Under the pieces are notes generated by a model. That model did not search any database. It had not been told where the DNA came from and saw nothing but the letters and a program-made list of their open reading frames with translations. The translations under genes and the position numbers were made by a program. 64,000 nucleotides of DNA from Nemertoderma westbladi (Eukaryota; Animalia; Xenacoelomorpha). The stretch lies in the NCBI GenBank assembly GCA_032718475.1, contig JAUCBJ010001932.1:2108-66107 (forward strand). Reading direction: 5' to 3'. Shown one piece after another: positions 61,241 to 64,000 of the stretch; positions within the stretch are counted from its first letter, which is position 1; every line of letters begins with the position of its first letter.

Positions 61241-62127
61241 GTTATAGAAAGGAATGCGGTAGCTAATATAGAAAGGGATGCGGTAGCTAATATAGAAAGG
61301 GATGCGGTAGCTAATATAGAAAGGGATGCGGTAGCTAATATATTATAGAAAGGGATGCGAGAGCTAATATAGAAAGGGATGCGGTAGCGAATATGTTATA
61401 GAAAGGGATGCGAGAGCTAATATGTTATAGAAAGGGATGCGGTAGCTAATATGTTATAGAAAGGGATGCGGTAGCTAATATGTTATAGAAAGGGATGCGG
61501 TAGCTAATATAGAAAAATATGTGGTAGCTAATATGTTATAGAAAAGGATGCGGTAGCTCATGTTATAGAAAGGGATGCGGTAGCTAATATGTTATAGAAA
61601 GGGATGTGGTAGCTAATATGTTATAGAAAGGGATGCGTTAGCTAATATAGAAAAGGATGCGGTAGCTAATATGTTATAGAAAGGGATGCTGTAGCTAATA
61701 TGTTATAGAAAGGGATGCGGTAGCTAATATAGAAAAGGATGCGGTAGCTAATATGTTATAAAAAAGGATGCGGTAGCTAATATGTTATAGAAAGGGATGC
61801 GGTAGCTAATATAGAAAAGGATGCGGTAGCTAATATGTTATAGAAAGGGATGCGGTAGCTAATATAGAAAAGGATGCGGTAGCTAATATGTTATAGAAAG
61901 GGATACGGTAGCTAATATGTTATAGAAAGGGATGCGTTAGCTAATATAGTAAAGGATGCGGTAGCTAATATGTTATAGAAAGGGATGCCGTAGCTAATAT
62001 GTTATAGAAAGGGATGCGGTAGCTAATATAGAAAAGGATGCGGTAGCTAATATGTTATAGAAAGGGATGCGATAGCTAATATGTTATAGAAAGGGATGCG
62101 GTAGCTAATATGTTATAGAAAGGGATA
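61241..62127. repeat. 29/24-bp satellite, short array (~0.9 kb)
   Basis: Same monomers as 15750-24448. Confidence 0.97.
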
Positions 62128-62390
62128 ATAATAATAAAAATAATATTGGTTATTTATATAGCGCTTTTCTATGCTCGGTATACTCAAAGCGCTTTTATTA
62201 TCATTACCCCAGCAAAGCCAGGTTCCCATTATACCGCTGGGTTGACGTAGGCACTAATGTCTAAAGTAGGGACACTAGGGGACTAGGGACACAACAGTGC
62301 GAAATTTCTAATGCCTTTAGTCGGATTCGAACCTGCGCCACCAAACACTATTGTGTAAGCAGTTCAGGCGCCGTATCCACTCGGAATCTG
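62128..62390 (-). mobile_element. tRNA-derived SINE, same position as 24449-24707
   Basis: Same junction agaaagggat|aataat and homologous body. Confidence 0.7.
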
Positions 62391-62469
62391 CGGGATTCTG
62401 TAGCTAATATAGAAAAGGATGCGGTAGCTAATATGTTATAGAAAGGGATGCGGTACCTAATAAGTTTAA

Positions 62470-62762
62470 GTGCTAATATCCCACGTGGACGATTGAAAAC
62501 ACTTGACTACTTACCGACCGGTATTTGAACGCCTTTACCGTAAATGTAAAACACGAACCTAATCTGATAGGTCAAGAACGATTTAAAACTAAACTCAAAG
62601 ACATTGCAATGGCGGTAGCATACCCTTACCAATCCCGTACGCAACCCTTTCTATCTAAGGATGAACTACTCGCATTGAAGTCACTCTCCAAGAATTCTGA
62701 TCTGGTCATCAACCGGGCAGACAAAGGCAACGCGGTCGTGGTTCAAAACAAATCGAATTATC
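62470..62762 (+). pseudogene. Penelope RT fragment, duplicate of 24790-25081
   Basis: Translation identical to ORF 24842-25159. Confidence 0.8.
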
Positions 62763-64000
62763 TGTTTTGGACAAACGGCGACGAATCAAGGGTTACTTTT
62801 GTATTGTTTAATTTAATTTGTTTATTTTGTTTATTAATTTAAATTGTTTAATTAACCACACCGAGTTTAACGACCTACGTTCCTCATTCGTTCCACGCAT
62901 ATTAGTTTTTAACCATTTTAATACGTCACATTTTATTTCAGTTTCGGGACTCAGACTCAAACAGACTTTTATGGATTTTATATGGATTTTAAATATTTTG
63001 TTCTGTCACATATTGTCATACCTTTTACTTAAAGCCTTATATCTGTCGTAATGGTGACCGGACACCCCCCCCCCCCCCCCCCCCCAGGACACTCCCCCCT
63101 CTTATGGGGGGGCTCTCCGGGTGGGGGGTGGGGGGGGGAGGTGGGGGGGGGGGGGGTGGGGGGGGGGGGTGTGTGGGGGGGGGGGGGGGTTGTCCTAGAT
63201 CAGTCGTAATTCGTGCGAATTCATTTATGTCTATTACGTGCATTTTATAATTGTTTTTATTGTCAGTTTATGTTCGCGCTTTTGAAGACCTTTAGCAGTT
63301 TAACCTGCCCAAAATTTATATGTCTTTTAGTTAATTAAAACACCTTTAGCATACGACAATATTTTATGCTAATAAACAAAACATTACCCGAAGCCAGCCC
63401 ATGCGCGATCATTCACCCGATGCTGAATTCGGCTGCTTAAATTTTATTATTGCAGTGTAAGATTGCAGTGTAAACCTACTGTATTATTCGATTGATCACT
63501 CATATGTAATTTCTGACAGATATTATTAGCTTTCGGGAAATATTAACAGTTCCTTTAGGACGTGGCGCTCTATCTATTTAAACAGAGCTAGGACTTATAC
63601 TAAACGCAACGATACTGCTTATGATTAAAGTATAAGGCGCATTCTTTAGGAAATGCTTTGTTACCAATCACAATCATGCACACTATTCTGCCGACCGTCA
63701 GTAAATTTGATCACACATAAAGAGAGCAGCAATTGACTCATGTAGGGTCTGCTAAATAACATTAGATTCAATACACACCACATTGATATAAATCGCAATT
63801 GTTATGTATAGCCTGTCTCTCTCTACCTGTAGTGTATCAAGAAAATTGGGAATTTTGGGTGATTTATCAGTATTCTCCAAATGGCAATATTTCCTCAACA
63901 AATCGATACAATTAATAACTGACGGTAAATAACAATACAAACAATATAATTAATAAGTAAAGTTCGGGAGAATCATATGATTAATAGTGAGTTAGATTAG

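Larger units (their letters stand above)
58074..63271. repeat. Composite unit copy 2
   Basis: Colinear with 14066-25548, with a shorter satellite and an extra RTE insertion. Confidence 0.9.

Noticed and set aside
63272-64000. Possible host gene or exon at the window end
   Set aside because: Only a 62-aa ORF with no motif; cannot be supported

Overview
Gene-free, repeat-saturated eukaryotic window, probably from an invertebrate. It consists almost entirely of nested transposable elements and tandem arrays. Non-LTR elements: a CRE-like RLE tail, four RTE copies, a near full-length RTEX/L2-type LINE, Penelope RT fragments and tRNA-derived SINEs. LTR elements: a degenerate Gypsy, a probable solo LTR and two related BEL/Pao elements. 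It also holds an intact-looking Kolobok DNA transposon, an 8.7-kb 29/24-bp satellite, and a composite unit present twice (14066-25548 and 58074-63271). The most interesting system is the BEL/Pao family. (1) Neither element has a tRNA primer-binding site. In both, the sequence right after the 5' LTR is the exact complement of a segment inside the LTR, within a co-varying three-helix fold. This suggests Tf1-like self-priming in a BEL/Pao lineage. (2) The young full-length copy (43219-56995) has an intact extra ORF in the env position, encoding a WRN/EXD-like DEDDy 3'-5' exonuclease plus three CCHC zinc knuckles. All family and domain calls come from motif recognition by eye, not database searches.
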